A stretch of 26,169 bases of DNA from a virus (lineage: Duplodnaviria; Caudoviricetes), in IMG/VR virus record IMGVR_UViG_3300007622_000019, positions 1 through 26,169 of that record; one strand, written 5' to 3'. Positions within the stretch are counted from its first letter, which is position 1, and each line of letters begins with the position of its first letter. Position numbers and translations under genes: made by a program. Under the pieces are notes generated by a model that had not been told where the DNA came from, did not search any database, and worked only from the letters and a program-made list of their open reading frames with translations. Below are positions 25,564-26,169 of the stretch, in pieces.

Positions 25564-26112
25564 TTAGGAATCTGCGAATGGTGTAGCAACAGTGCCGGAA
25601 CCAATAACATTCCCGCTCACCATGTACTTGTCAGCAGCAACTGCCACGATTTGAACCCATGTGCCAGCAACACCGCCGGTTGTTGTACCGTTTAAGTTGA
25701 TGAAGTCATTGGAAGAACCGTTAGCAGAGAAAGCAACCACAGCACCAGATGAGTCTGAATCAATAGAGATCACAGCGCCAACGTACAAATCGCTAGAGCC
25801 AGAAGTTGTACCAATCTTCAAAGAGCTTGTAGAGATGGTAGTAGGAACCCAGATCGTGTAAACAACACCTTCGTTGTTAGCTGTGCTTGGGTCTTGACCG
25901 GGGCCAGACGTTGTAGAGTTAGTTGAAACATTGATCGCAGGTAATGTCAAAGTGACTGCTGCTGCCAAAGAACCACCAACAGCAATAATGCGACCGCCGT
26001 GAGCTTCTGGGCTTAATGTGGTGCTTGTTGTGATGTCAACGACAGCCGCTGGGCCTTGTTGATAAATGCCGCCCAATGAACGAACTGGGCCTTGAAACGT
26101 AGTGCGTGCCAT
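25564..26112 (-). CDS. Putative capsid decoration / minor capsid protein
   Basis: 182 aa, beta-rich, starting MARTTFQGPVRS; RBS AAGGAA. A terminator follows it, as often seen after high-copy head genes. Confidence 0.55.
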   Translation of the reverse strand: MARTTFQGPVRSLGGIYQQGPAAVVDITTSTTLSPEAHGGRIIAVGGSLAAAVTLTLPAINVSTNSTTSGPGQDPSTANNEGVVYTIWVPTTISTSSLKIGTTSGSSDLYVGAVISIDSDSSGAVVAFSANGSSNDFINLNGTTTGGVAGTWVQIVAVAADKYMVSGNVIGSGTVATPFADS

Positions 26113-26118
26113 GATGTA

Positions 26119-26169
26119 TTCCTTACATGCAAGTTGAGGTGTTCTGTCTGCATGTCGTCAGCCGGGACT
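26119..26169 (-). promoter_or_regulatory. Structured 5' leader: stem-loop abutting the RBS (truncated by window edge)
   Basis: ACATGCA (26125-26131) and TGCATGT (26149-26155) form an inverted repeat; the RBS (TTCCTT on the plus strand) is at 26119-26124. Confidence 0.45.

Noticed and set aside
1-26169. Stop-codon reassignment, tRNAs, integrase/transposase, defence or anti-defence enzymes
   Set aside because: Genes tile the window under the standard code using all three stops. I recognised no cloverleaf, recombinase or nuclease motifs by eye.

Overview
This window is a gene-dense late (virion morphogenesis and lysis) region of a tailed dsDNA bacteriophage. Essentially all genes are on the minus strand and many are translationally coupled. 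In transcription order (high to low coordinate) it contains: a putative capsid accessory gene, a UUCG terminator, small Lys/Gly-rich basic proteins, two head-tail adaptor-like proteins, a Zn-ribbon protein, minor tail proteins, a long NTAVG-repeat tail fibre with chaperone-like ORFs, a second fibre plus a beta-propeller tip, a seven-gene membrane/lysis cassette ending in a holin and a GH24 endolysin, a nozzle-like tail protein, and three large putative internal/ejection proteins (the last runs off the left edge). No sheath, tube or tape-measure gene is visible, so the layout is podovirus-like. Host and habitat cannot be read from the sequence. Main observations: (1) a hydrophobic-x-x-Gly-Gly motif recurs about 15 times in six putative head-internal proteins and often falls at domain junctions, so it may be a processing or encapsidation signal; (2) a 1237-aa protein carries 22 two-cysteine modules resembling EGF C-terminal loops; (3) the lysis cassette is expanded, includes three micro-ORFs missing from the ORF track, and has no recognisable spanin. 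All functional calls come from motif recognition and gene order; no database search was run.
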